A stretch of 63,857 bases of DNA, the filler included, from Octopus bimaculoides (lineage: Eukaryota), in the NCBI RefSeq assembly GCF_001194135.2. It is 5 parts of 5 records of this genome, joined end to end, with 100 filler letters (N's around TTAATTAATTAA, not from the genome) between each part and the next. Parts side by side here need not be neighbours in the genome. Positions count along the whole stretch, not along the records: positions 1 to 23,337 come from NC_068981.1; 4 more parts are not named here. One strand, given 5' to 3'. The notes beneath the pieces were generated by a model, which saw only the letters and a list, made by a program, of their open reading frames with translations, did no database searches and was not told where the DNA came from. The position numbers and the translations under genes were made by a program. This document shows, in pieces, positions 11,226-23,337 of the stretch. Every line of letters starts with the position of its first letter. Position 1 is the stretch's first letter.

Positions 11226-11798
11226 CAAAGGTTCTCAACCATTTTTGTTATCTATGGACTCCTTTGATTACTATTTAATTCTGGAGGGCCCCATAACCAT
11301 TTGATGTTTAAAAACTAATTTTATAGATGCTTCTTTCAAAATTCCTGTTTTGTTTTTCACACATTAACTTGTGTAGGTTGAACTATGTAATATATTAGAG
11401 AAAGAAACTTAGATGTTTCTTGCAATATACAGGGTGTCCACAAAGTCTGGGTACATGGGGATTACCACATACTTTAAGAAATTATTATTTCTTATAGTTA
11501 ATTGTTTATGTTATGATTTTATTTACTTCATGTACCCACATGGGGATTACCACATACTTTAAGAAATTATTATTTCTTATATTTAATTGTTTATGTTATG
11601 ATTTTATTTACTCCATGTACCCAGTCTTTGTGGACACCCTGTATACCAATACATACATCTAAAGCAAATTTTTTTCAGGGACCTTTAAAATACTATTGTG
11701 AATCCCCAATTTACAATTTTGTTACACTGACCCCTACCTATCCCAAAAATCTTATATGGACCCTCAGGGGCCATATGGACCCCAGTTGAGAACTACTG
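11226..11798. mobile_element. hAT (Charlie-type) MITE
   Basis: TIRs CAAAGGTTCTCAAC / GTTGAGAACTACTG; perfect 8-bp TSD GTTTAGGT (11218-11225, 11799-11806). Confidence 0.88.
11430..11641. mobile_element. Tc1/mariner MITE nested in the hAT MITE, with internal tandem duplication
   Basis: 29-bp TIRs CAGGGTGTCCACAAAGTCTGGGTACATGG (1 mismatch), TA TSD on both sides; the ~85-bp body is present twice. Confidence 0.9.
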
Positions 11799-13119
11799 GT
11801 TTAGGTGGTGATTAGTTAGTTTCTTCGTGGAACGTGGCTTAAAAGTTAACACTAAATTGCTCCAGTAAAACTTCCATAAAGAAATCCCACGGGTGAGTGA
11901 TATATAGGAGTAGGCCTCCAGGATGTAGAAACTGTATTTGCTGTCCCCGAGGAGAGAGAAAACGAGCAAGCGAGTGAGCGAGCAAGAGAGAGAGAGTGTG
12001 TGTGTGTGTGTGCGCGCGCGCGTGTAGTGGGGAGTGAGGAGAGCTTTATTGTTATTAGCTGTAAAACGGTTGCAAAACGGTTTAGCCATTAGTTTAAGGA
12101 ATAATAAAATGACCCATCTTAGTGTTAATGCAAAACTTAATTTCATATACATGACATATAGCTGTCTTGTCTATCTCTTTAATTAACTGATCATATATTT
12201 TATTCTTTCCTTCCAATGTCTTCATCTTTCACTATTTAATGATATAGTATCAGTTTTAGAATATATAATAAATATTTTCTGATGTTAGTATAAAATATAT
12301 TTGCAAAATTTATTCAATCAATAGTGGAATTTTTTCAACCATATTTCACTTGTTTGAAAGTATTGGGGATTTCCTATGCTGTAAGAATTTAGCAGCGTTC
12401 AATTACCTTATGTTATGTTCAAATAAGCCTAATACCTCCTTCTGAGACAACTCGTTACGAAGCTAGAACAATTTTAATGAAAATGTTTGCTTTTATTTCA
12501 TTTTATCTTTTCATTTTCATTTTTATGAGTTTTCCTTTTCTTTACTAAAATCATATCAACAAACACAAAGGCTAATTTCAGTTATTGTCGTTTTAAGTTT
12601 TACATCGTTTCAGACTACACAGAAGAATGACAAAAGAGCACGCGACAATCGACCGACACATTAATACCGTTATTTGCTGCAAAGTTACAAGTGGGCTGCT
12701 GCGGATTCTACTCGAATTGTCTGACAGCGAATAACGATACAACTCTTTTGTAGGTAGACATTGGCATGACTCGGAGATTCAATAAGGTCAGTTTAACTGC
12801 CATCGTTATCATTGTCTGGCGCGCCCAGCTGTCTGGCTAAGGCTGACATCCACAGACTGTCCGTCGCTTATCGCCTCTCACACAGCCCACCATCTTGTCT
12901 GCCTAACCGACACACAGTAGTCTATAAAAGCAAATGTTAGCTGCTTCCAGACAATATGTTACCAATGAGTTTATAGATATCTACATCACCTTCTCTGAAA
13001 GCTTTCAACATTTTTATTTATTATCATTTTTTCGATCACTTTTATCAGACTTTCAGTCTTTTCCCTCCTGCTTCCTATTCCTCTATCTACCCCCACCTCT
13101 TTATTTTTCTTTCTTTCTC

Positions 13120-13120
<1 letters not shown>

Positions 13121-13150
<30 letters not shown>

Positions 13151-13218
13151 CTTCTTCTTCTTCTTCTTCTTCTTCTTCTTCTTCTTCTTCTTCTTCTTCT
13201 TCTTCTTCTTCTTCTTCT
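13121..13218. repeat. (CTT)n microsatellite
   Basis: Direct reading. Confidence 0.95.
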
Positions 13219-13524
13219 CAACACCAGTCTAAATCTATAGAGTATATCCCTTTTTATATTTAAAGCTTATATCGCATAATGTTAACCTTTGTCTTTTATT
13301 GTCTCGAAATGTTTATGATTTGGAATGCATATATATGCATATATGCAATCCTTCTTTTTTTATATATGTATGCACGTATGTATGTATGTATGTATGTATA
13401 CTTATATGCATGCATGCATAGATGTATGTGTGTATTTATATGTATCTATTTATGTATGCATGCATGTATGTATCTGTGTATGTACGTGTGTGTGTACGCT
13501 CGCGCGTGTATTTGAACGTAGTAT

Positions 13525-13670
13525 GGACGAATGATTGAGAAGTTCACTTCTTTATCACGAGATCTCGGGTTCAATCCCACTGTGCGGCATCTTGGCCATA
13601 TGTCTTTTATCATAACTCCAGATTGATCCAAGCCTTTATGAGTGAAATTGAGTAAATAGAAACTGTAATG
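13525..13670 (+). mobile_element. SINE family B 5' part, diverged
   Basis: GGGTTCAATCCCACTGTGCGGCATCTTGGCCATATGTCTT...AAGCCTTTATGAGTGAAATT matches the family B head and core. Confidence 0.65.
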
Positions 13671-13761
13671 GGTATTCGTAATGAGTAGATAGAAACTGTA
13701 TTGGGTATTCGTAATGAGTAGATAGAAACTGTAATGGGTATTCGTAATTCGTAATTCGTAA
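13649..13761 (+). repeat. 33-bp minisatellite x3 plus TTCGTAA x2
   Basis: Unit TGAGTAGATAGAAACTGTAATGGGTATTCGTAA at 13649, 13682, 13715. Confidence 0.9.
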
Positions 13762-13942
13762 TTTAAAACTTCCACCTTATTACACTCTGTGCCACGCTGA
13801 TTCTGTCTGAGAATTACGTTTAGCGGACGAAGTATCTCAAGGATGCCCACTCACTTACGCGATAACTAAATGAGCAGCTATTTCACTTGTTTGAGTAACT
13901 GAATTTTCATTGTCGAAACCGACGGAAAATGCCCACCCCACG

Positions 13943-14003
<61 letters not shown>

Positions 14004-14149
14004 ACAATCCGATAGATGGCTTACCAAGCCGAAATTTCAAAGTCACTGTCAATACTATTCTTGTTAACAAATAATAAATTCGTACTTTACAAAATGAATG
14101 AATGAAAGAAAGAAAGAAAGAAAGAAAGGAGAAAAATAAAAACAAAGTA

Positions 14150-15120
14150 TTTTTCCATTACCTTAGAGACGTTAGGAAGGCAATAAGATGATAATTGGCT
14201 GGGTCGGTGGGGTTGTCTTTCTTTGCAAAAGATCACACTGAAGCTTGTTTCCAAATGTCAAAGTATATCCCCGTAGTGAATGAGAGATTTAAGAGCTTTG
14301 TGAGTATAGGGGCAAGATGTAGGGCGCACTGGTTAAATGTAATGGCAGGGACATTGTCAGGGCCGATCGCCTTACTTGTTTGAAGCAAATAGAGGTATTT
14401 CCGGGCTTGGCATGTGTGTAAGCAAGGTAAGGAGCCAATTAAGGTAAAAGGGGAAAACTTAGGGTTGGGGGTTGGCAAAAGGTATGTAGTGGGAAGTTAA
14501 ATGCAAAGCGGACAGAGGTAAAAACTTTAGCCATCGAGGTTCCTGGTTCCTGTTTAGAATAAAAGGAAATGAGGACTCCGCGAAGTTGGTGGAGATCCTT
14601 TTGGCAATGCGCCAAAAGTATCGGCTACAGTTTGAGGAGACGGACAACTTTAGGGCCGTATGATGTATGAAGATATCTTTTGCGAACCGGAGTCTTACAA
14701 GAATTACGTTACATTGTGAATCCCACCAAATACTGGCGAATGAGATACTTTTAACGTTATTGGATTTGTTTTCCCACATTTTATTTAATAACGAATGTAT
14801 TAAATAAAAGGTAAACAGCATTATTTTAATTATTGCTGCTAAGTCTGCATTCAATAAATTAATCCCAGTTTGGCAGAGCTCTGCAAACACCAGTGGATAT
14901 ATTATCATCGTTCATAGCACACTAAGAATTACCGTTCTTAGGGGTCTAAGAATAATGAATTCGGTGTCTGCTGCAGATGAGGTGTAAGACTCCGAACACG
15001 TGTTTTGCAGTCCAATTACATCACAAGTAGCCCAGCTCAGGGTTTCCATACACGCTGTGTATGAGAATTTCTCTTTCAAGACAGTTACCACAGTGAATGT
15101 CTGCATATATTTCAAAGTGC
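14150..15120 (-). mobile_element. CR1-clade LINE fragment (EN-RT linker and RT start)
   Basis: YFWRIAKRISTNFAESSFP...KAIGPDNVPAITFNQCALHLAPILTKLLNLSFTTGIYFDIWKQASV...KKDNPTDPANYHLIA = the K.PGPD / L..LFN.S..G.FP..WK.A.V / NYRPI RT-start motifs. Confidence 0.85.
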
Positions 15121-15189
15121 ACGAACGTGTTAAACATAAACGTATGCAACTTTCTGTGCTTTAATCATCGCTGCTTAGAATACCATTAA

Positions 15190-15190
<1 letters not shown>

Positions 15191-15278
<88 letters not shown>
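15191..15278. repeat. (CA)n microsatellite
   Basis: Direct reading. Confidence 0.95.
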
Positions 15279-15281
<3 letters not shown>

Positions 15282-15392
15282 CATGATATAAACAAACTTT
15301 TGTTATACTACATATATGTACATACACATACCTATATGTATGCACTTGTATGTATATGTATGTACATACATACATACATATATACATACATA

Positions 15393-15423
<31 letters not shown>

Positions 15424-15960
15424 AAGAGAAAGAGTGGGGGAGAGAGTGCACAACAGCCAAAACAAACGGAAAATACATGTAGTGTAGAAGGTTGTAGGGT
15501 TTTCCCTTATCGAAGTTCGATAAGCTGAAAAAAGCAACTAGTGCTGCTATGAATGCGAATAAAAGTTTATATACATATCAGCTTAATTTTATTCGTCCTT
15601 AGTCGAAAGACATCTGTTGTTTTGTCCCGTTATTATTCCTACTGTATTTGTGTAACAGTGTTCGTTTTTTTTCTTCCCGTCCATGTTTTTGTATACATTC
15701 GCTGCTTTCTTCCAAGTAATCTAATGCTCTTAGCTTAGTTTTTCCTTGGGGCTGGCCAGATTGGAGCAATATCGAGAATAACCAGCCGAAATTGCAAAGA
15801 TAATCTGGATCTCGACTGAAGAGAGAAAACTCCGAATGACCTGTCTGTGTTTTCTTTGTATCGTCTATCTGTATGTTTTGTCCCTTTTTTGTATCAACGA
15901 ACTGTCTGGATGTTTTGCGTTCTCGTCCCATTCTGTATTATATATATATATATATATATA

Positions 15961-16090
15961 CATTGTGATTCAAAAGTCATCATACATAGGAAAACTTTAT
16001 TTTTTTAAATAAGAAACAGTTAAATAAAAAAATCTGATTCTTATAAAATAATAAATCGTTCTTATGTCTGGCGATTTTTGAATCACCCTG
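15961..16090. mobile_element. Short Tc1/mariner MITE
   Basis: Imperfect TIRs CATTGTGATTCAAAAGTC / GATTTTTGAATCACCCTG, TA on both sides. Confidence 0.7.
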
Positions 16091-16149
16091 TATTATTCGC
16101 ATTCATAGCAACCCTATTTGCTAGCCGTGTACGATATATATATATATTT

Positions 16150-16390
16150 AATCTCTTACTTGTTTTACTCATGGGCCACGGTCATATTGAGGCACCTACT
16201 TGAAGGATATAGCCTTATTTTCTAAGCTTTGTAATATCGGTGACTTTTACTGAACCGCTAACTTACAGGGACATAAACAAACCAAGACTAGTTAGCAAGT
16301 GGTTGTGGTGGACAAACACAAAGACACACACATAGATGAATGCATATATACACGACGGGTTTCTTTCAGTCTCCCGCTTCATAATTCACA
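16150..16390 (-). mobile_element. SINE family B, diverged
   Basis: TACTGAACCGCTAACTTACAGGGACATAAACAAACC...GACGGGTTTCTTTCAGT matches the family B body in reverse. Confidence 0.7.
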
Positions 16391-16455
16391 AATACATACA
16401 TGCATACAAGTAAAACCAGCAATCATGAAACTATTTATGCATAGTTTTATATGTA

Positions 16456-16500
<45 letters not shown>

Positions 16501-16823
16501 CCGATTACATAAAGATACAAGGAAGAGAATCTCCAGGAAATAATTGTGCATAAAATATATCTCAGCATCTAAATAGCAAAATGTGTATAGGTATGCATGG
16601 ATGTACGAATGTACGTATGTGTGCATGTATGTATGCGTGTACGTACGTATGTTTGTATGCACGTATGTACATATGCATGCATTTATATACATTGGTATAC
16701 GTATAGGTAGACAGGCATATTCCTAAACACGCGTGCGCATACATACATAACGATAGTAGTAAATATATAAAAATGATAATATATTTTACGCGTGTGTGTG
16801 TATGTGCGTGCGTGCGTGCGTGC

Positions 16824-16885
<62 letters not shown>

Positions 16886-17081
16886 AATTGCTCTATACAA
16901 ATGAACTGCAGTCATTCTTCAAAAATTTTTTAACAATCTTCACTACTTGAAACCTTCATTTTCGTTTGGTTCTTTTTATAATGAAAATATTGATATGTCC
17001 TTTTATTTTTACTGTTCAGTATCTCTGATGTCTCTTATTTACTTTTCACCTCTCTCCTCCACCTCTGTATAACATTCTTTC

Positions 17082-17084
<3 letters not shown>

Positions 17085-17155
<71 letters not shown>

Positions 17156-17261
17156 CATTTATCTATCTATCTGTCTATCTATCCATTTATCTATATATTT
17201 ATTTATGTCATCTTATATATATCTATATATCTCTCTCTATATATATATGAGATGACATAGA

Positions 17262-17298
<37 letters not shown>

Positions 17299-17313
17299 AT
17301 ATATATGTATGTG

Positions 17314-17347
<34 letters not shown>

Positions 17348-17433
17348 TCTATCTATCTATCTATCTAACTATTTATCTATCTAGCCATCTATCTATCTAT
17401 CTATCTATCTAGCTATCTATCTATATATATATA
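17085..17433. repeat. Compound (TATC)n/(TA)n/(TATG)n microsatellite with a 30-bp inverted repeat
   Basis: Direct reading; arms 17193-17222 and 17241-17270. Confidence 0.9.
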
Positions 17434-17748
17434 NNNNNNNNNNNNNNNNNNNNNNNNNNNNNNNNNNNNNNNNNNNNNNNNNNNNNNNNNNNNNNNNNNN
17501 NNNNNNNNNNNNNNNNNNNNNNNNNNNNNNNNNNNNNNNNNNNNNNNNNNNNNNNNNNNNNNNNNNNNNNNNNNNNNNNNNNNNNNNNNNNNNNNNNNNN
17601 NNNNNNNNNNNNNNNNNNNNNNNNNNNNNNNNNNNNNNNNNNNNNNNNNNNNNNNNNNNNNNNNNNCATACATACATATCTTTATATACTCTTTCTGCGT
17701 ACACAATCTTTCTGTCTCTCTGTCTCTCACATATATATGTATGCATAC

Positions 17749-17794
<46 letters not shown>

Positions 17795-18009
17795 TGTTTA
17801 TTTCTATCTCTTATCATAATGCGTTGACTTTGTAGGTGGAGAAATTAGACAATGTATGCTTCGATGCTTCTGATTCACTGAAGCCGAAAAAATATTTGGA
17901 GATGAATGAAAGAGAGAACGAGAAAAAGAGAGGAAAAACAAGATAAAAAGCTATGAACAATATTCAAAATGAGAGAAGGAAAAGAAAGACAGGCACATAA
18001 GCGAAAACG

Positions 18010-18316
18010 AAAAAAAGGAAAGAAGAAAGGAAGGAAGGAAGGAAGGAAAGAAGAAAGGAAGGAAGGAAGGAAAGAAGAAAGGAAGGAAGGAAGGAAAGAA
18101 GAAAGGAAGGAAGGAAGGAAAGAGAGAATTGGGGAGAGAGATAGAAAGATAGTTGGATGGATGGATGGATAGATAGATGACTGGAGGGAGGTATGGTGGG
18201 AGGGATAGATGGATAGATGGATAGATGGATAGATGGATGGATGTATAGCTGGACAGACTGACTGACAGACAATCAGACAGACAAATAGATAGACAGATAG
18301 ACAGACAGACAGACAA

Positions 18317-18380
<64 letters not shown>
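18010..18380. repeat. Compound (GGAA)n/(GGAT)n/(GACA)n/(GATA)n microsatellite
   Basis: Direct reading; 24-bp higher-order AGAAGAAAGGAAGGAAGGAAGGAA units at 18020-18120. Confidence 0.9.
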
Positions 18381-18381
<1 letters not shown>

Positions 18382-18992
18382 TGATCGGTCAGATTTAAGG
18401 CAAGAATGAATCTGTAAAGCAGGATAAAGACGAAGAAGAATGAAACTTTAAAAAAAAATGTCATAAAAGTAAATAAATAAGAGAAAACAGGATAGGATAT
18501 AAGGTGTTTTAAAAGTAGATGATATCTGCATAAGAGAAACAAAGAATACGTGTGCTGGCGCCAGCTAGACCAAGTTAAGACAAAAGACACATACAGACGA
18601 AAAAAATAATATAAGATAAAATAAAATAATAAAAAAATACTTTGAAATAAGAAATAGTGGAGTTAAATATAAATTCTTCGTTGAATTTTTAACTTTCTTT
18701 CTCTCTTGTATTTCCTTTGATACATTAAACATATATTCATTCGACGCCAGTTTTGGTAATTTCATATCCTAATTGACATACATGAAGATGTTACAAAGCT
18801 GGAATTGGAGGTTGGCTGTTATATCTGTACACAAATACCAAAAATGCATTCTCGATGTTTTGCAAAATACAAGTGATCACAATTTTCAACTTATCCAAAT
18901 AACCTGCAACACATGCATACGTACGTACGTACATACATACATACATACATACATACATACATACATACATACATAATATACGTATGTAAATA

Positions 18993-19583
18993 CAGGGGTT
19001 GGACAAAATAATGGAAACACCTTAAAATTTCAAACAAATTTATTTTAATATGGTGTAGGACTGCCTTTGGCAGTAATTACATCTTGAATTCTACGTATGG
19101 ACTCGTACAAAGTTTGAATTGTTTCCAAAGGAATTTTTGTCCATTCTTCAGCTAAAACAGTTTCCAGTTCTTGTAGTGATGATGGTGGAGGATATCGACT
19201 CCTTATTTGTTTTTCTAAAATGCACCATAAATGCTCAAATAATATTGAGATCTGGGGACTGTGGTGGCCATATAAGATGTTCAACTTCACTAGAATGTTC
19301 CTCGTGCCATTCAGTAACAACTTTAGCTGTGTAAATTGGTGCATTATCATCCTGACAGATTGCGTTTCCCTCCGGAAACAGTTCTGCAACCATAAGATGA
19401 ATTTGATCAGATAAAATGTTTAGATAGTCGTGACTATTAATTCTGCCATGAAGGAAACCATTAGGCCGGCGGATTTCCAAGATATAGCCCCCCACCCCAG
19501 ATCATCACAGATCCTCCTCTATGTTTAACAGTTGGAAGAAGGCAGTCTGCGTCAAATATTTCTTTTGGCTGTCTCCACACGTA
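18993..19583 (-). mobile_element. Tc1-superfamily DNA transposon, 3' half, DD36E-type transposase pseudogene
   Basis: TA + TIR CAGGGGTTGGACAAAATAATGGAAACACC at 18993; frameshifted ORF YVWRQPKE..DCLLPTVKHRGGSVMIWG..ISWKSAG..HGRINSHDYLNIL...QDDNAPIYTAKVVTEWHEEHSSEVEHLIWPPQSPDLNII(E)HLW...TPY*; 5' half falls in gap 19584-20258. Confidence 0.92.
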
Positions 19584-20291
19584 NNNNNNNNNNNNNNNNN
19601 NNNNNNNNNNNNNNNNNNNNNNNNNNNNNNNNNNNNNNNNNNNNNNNNNNNNNNNNNNNNNNNNNNNNNNNNNNNNNNNNNNNNNNNNNNNNNNNNNNNN
19701 NNNNNNNNNNNNNNNNNNNNNNNNNNNNNNNNNNNNNNNNNNNNNNNNNNNNNNNNNNNNNNNNNNNNNNNNNNNNNNNNNNNNNNNNNNNNNNNNNNNN
19801 NNNNNNNNNNNNNNNNNNNNNNNNNNNNNNNNNNNNNNNNNNNNNNNNNNNNNNNNNNNNNNNNNNNNNNNNNNNNNNNNNNNNNNNNNNNNNNNNNNNN
19901 NNNNNNNNNNNNNNNNNNNNNNNNNNNNNNNNNNNNNNNNNNNNNNNNNNNNNNNNNNNNNNNNNNNNNNNNNNNNNNNNNNNNNNNNNNNNNNNNNNNN
20001 NNNNNNNNNNNNNNNNNNNNNNNNNNNNNNNNNNNNNNNNNNNNNNNNNNNNNNNNNNNNNNNNNNNNNNNNNNNNNNNNNNNNNNNNNNNNNNNNNNNN
20101 NNNNNNNNNNNNNNNNNNNNNNNNNNNNNNNNNNNNNNNNNNNNNNNNNNNNNNNNNNNNNNNNNNNNNNNNNNNNNNNNNNNNNNNNNNNNNNNNNNNN
20201 NNNNNNNNNNNNNNNNNNNNNNNNNNNNNNNNNNNNNNNNNNNNNNNNNNNNNNNNNNTATACATATATATATATATACATATATATATAA

Positions 20292-20818
20292 CATCGACCT
20301 GAGTACTCAACTGATACTTAATTTATCGAACCCAAAATGATGAAAGGCAAAGTTAACCTCGGCAGAATTTGAACTCAGAACGTAACGACGGGCGAAATGC
20401 TGCTAAACATTTTGCCCGGCGTGCTAAGCATTTTGCTTGGTGTGCTAATGATTCTGCCAACTCGCCGCCTTAATAATAATAATTTCAAATTTTGGCACAA
20501 GGCCAGCAATTTCGAGGGAGGGACAGGCCAATTACATCGACCCCAGTACTCAACTGGTACTTATTTTATCGACCTCTAAAGAATGAAAGGCAAAGTCGAC
20601 CTCGGCGGAATTTGAACTCAGAACGTAGCGACGAGCGAAATGTTGTAAAGTATTTTGCCCAGCGTGCTAACGGTTCTGCCAGCTCGCCGCCTTGATAATA
20701 ATAATTTCGAATTTTGTCACAAGGCCAGCAATTTTGGGGAAGGAGGTAAGTCGATTTACATCGACCCCAGTGCTCAACTTGTACTTAATTTGTTGATCCC
20801 GAAACTATGAAAAGCAAA
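20292..20818 (-). mobile_element. Head-to-tail array of three SINE family A copies
   Basis: Copies ~20292-20470, 20481-20692, 20702-20818 separated by TAATAATAAT; A box TGGCAGAATCGTTAG and B box GAGTTCAAATTCC on the minus strand. Confidence 0.88.
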
Positions 20819-20829
20819 GTCATTAGACT

Positions 20830-21110
20830 GCGGCCATACTGGGTTACCCCTTGAAAGGTTTAGTCAAACAAATCGACTTAAATACTTATTTTTTAAACGT
20901 TTGGTACTTATTTTATCGCTTTTTTTTGTTTTGTTTTTTTTGCCGAGTCGCTATTTAAGACGAATAAACACCGATTGTGAAGAGCCGGGGCTGGAGACAT
21001 ATATAAACACAAAGACACCTACACACACACACACATGTTGCGCAATGTGTCACACAGTGGGACTGAACCTGGAACCATATAGTTGGGAAATAAATCTCTT
21101 ATGACACCAA
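20830..21110 (-). mobile_element. SINE family B, internally deleted
   Basis: TTTAGTCAAACAAATCGAC... and CACAGTGGGACTGAACCTGGAACCAT match the family B tail and head in reverse. Confidence 0.7.
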
Positions 21111-21185
21111 GAAAGTATAGGTGATCTTATAATGAAGAAACACATTTTAAAAGCCAGTAACTGGGGCTAGAACAGGCAAATTTAG

Positions 21186-21575
21186 GCGCAAGTATGGCTG
21201 TGTACTTAAGACACTCACTTTGCAACCATGTGGTTTCGGGTTCAGTACCATTGCGGCGCTTTGGGCAAGTGTCTTCCACTATATCCCTGGGCCGATCAAT
21301 GACTTGTGAGTGACTTTGGTAGACGGAAACTGTATGGAAGCTAGTCGTATATGTGTGTGCATCTTTGTCTTTGTGTTTCTCCACCGCAACCCTTTTAGTT
21401 TATTTACATCCCTGTAAATTAGCAGTTAAGTAAAAAGTGACCCATAGAATAAGCACCAGGTTTTTAAATGAATAAATAAATACTGGGGGTCTATTTGTTC
21501 GACTAAAACCCTTCAAAGCTACGACCCAGTATGTCTGCAGACCAATGAATGAAGCACGTAAAAAAAATGGAAAGG
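21186..21575 (+). mobile_element. SINE family B, near full length
   Basis: Head TGGCTGTGT...GGGTTCAGT, core TTGGGCAAGTGTCTTC...GGTAGACGGAAACTG, tail GGGGGTCTATTTGTTCGACTAAAACCC. Confidence 0.85.
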
Positions 21576-22866
21576 TACAAATAAAATATGTTCCATCATT
21601 ATAGATGGACATGTGAAGGGTAATTAGGTTACTCATTCTCGAGTCTAGACTAACCAATCATAAGGCTGGAACTTATCTTCATGATTTCAACTACGTTAAA
21701 TAGAAGTGAGTTAAATGCCCTATGACTTATTAACTTCCTAACATCCAATGGTGCAATTGTTGTGTCTCCAAAAGATAAATATTCAAAGATCAGAAATTCA
21801 TTTCTTACAGCCTAAGGTTTTACTCCTTTAGTTATTTTCAATATCCTTGCAAGCCTTACTCTTTCTTTTCCTTCCTTCCTTCCCTTTTCTCTTTCTTTCT
21901 TTTTACAGAGGCACAACACTCTAAACTAAAAGAAAACGAACGAAACTGTATAATATTTGGTACAAGTATTCTTATATGAAGCATTGGAAATATCTTGTAC
22001 ATTTTATTTTACTAAATGTGTATTTGGATCACTTCACGTATGATATTAGGTTGTTTTAAGTTCATGCACTTTACAACGGGGCCTCAGACAAGATCTCGAA
22101 TTTATCTTGTTTGAATTTATCTCTACATTTTGTCGCCGACCATCCAATTATGCACTGCAGCCTATTATTGTTGGATATTGTTTCTCTGTTGATCAATTGC
22201 TATGGAAGTTTCCGCACTGACAAGAGAAGTAAATTGAAACGTTTGAATTGTATTATCTAGATAATTGTATTTTGCCTTAAGAAACAATCATTTTCTTTGT
22301 TCTTACAAAGTTTCTAGCCTAGTAAAATGTTAAACAGATATATTTTAAATCTGAAACTAAACACTCAATCGTCTGGCCTCTAGAAAAACCATCGTATCAA
22401 GAGCAAAAGATTTGCTAAGAAGCAAATATCAATTTTCTACAAAATAGTTTTTAACAAGTAGGATATTTGACAAAATTGTCATTATATCTTCCAAAGTTCT
22501 ATTCTATTTACTTCCAAACGTATGAATTATTTCAGTCCATATGTAGATAACGTTATTCAGTTAAGGAAATTTAGCAGCAAACTGAGCAGAGGACATAGTT
22601 TCCAGTTTCGTTCGTAGCTATTTCAGTTTACTTTAAAAACAAAAAAAAAAAAAGCCTTCCTCTGAAGTCAGAAGCGATAATATCCCAATCATACATTGTT
22701 TTATTGATCACCTATAGTCGAACATAAATTTCGAATATTTAATGTTTTACTATATTTTATCACTTCGAGCAAAATAGCTTACTTTTGTTCATAAATGTGA
22801 ATGTCTAACACATTTTTCCTAGTTCTTTCATTATAATACATATTTGAATGGATCAGTTCACATGGT

Positions 22867-23337
22867 GATTTCAAATGTTGGCACAAATCCAGCATTTTCG
22901 GAGAGGGGATAAGTTGATTACATCGATCCCAACTGGTACTTATTTTATCGACCACGGTGAAATTTGAACTCAGAACGTAAAGACGGACGAAATGTGGCTA
23001 AGCATTTTACCTGGCGTAATAACGATTCTGCCAGTTTGCTTCCTTTGGATCAATTCACTTATTGTTTTCAAATTTTGGCACAAGGCCAGCAATTTCTGGA
23101 GAGTGGGTTAATCGATTACATCGACCCCAGTGCACAAGTGGTACTTATTTTCGACCCCGAAACGATGAAGGGCAAAGTCGACCTCGGCGGAAATTGAACT
23201 CAGAACATAAGACGGACGAAATGCCGCTAAGTATTTTACCCGGTGTGCTAACGATTTTGCCAGCTTGCCTATTTCTTTGGATCAGTTCACAAATTCTTTC
23301 CTACTCTAGGCAAAAGGCCCGAAATTTTTGGGGAGGG
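22867..23337 (-). mobile_element. Second head-to-tail array of SINE family A (two copies plus a tail fragment)
   Basis: Copies ~22867-23040 and 23067-23268; tail fragment 23305-23337 runs into the linker gap. Confidence 0.85.

Noticed and set aside
13649-13747. 33-bp repeats (and ~24-bp repeats at 58090-58215) as a CRISPR-like array
   Set aside because: No unique spacers, eukaryotic context, no cas genes; they are plain tandem repeats.
21860-21980. Polypyrimidine tract plus TTTTACAG acceptor at 21908
   Set aside because: The tract is a degenerate (CCTT)/(CTTT) microsatellite, no good donor follows, and the open frame stops after about 23 codons with no recognisable motif.
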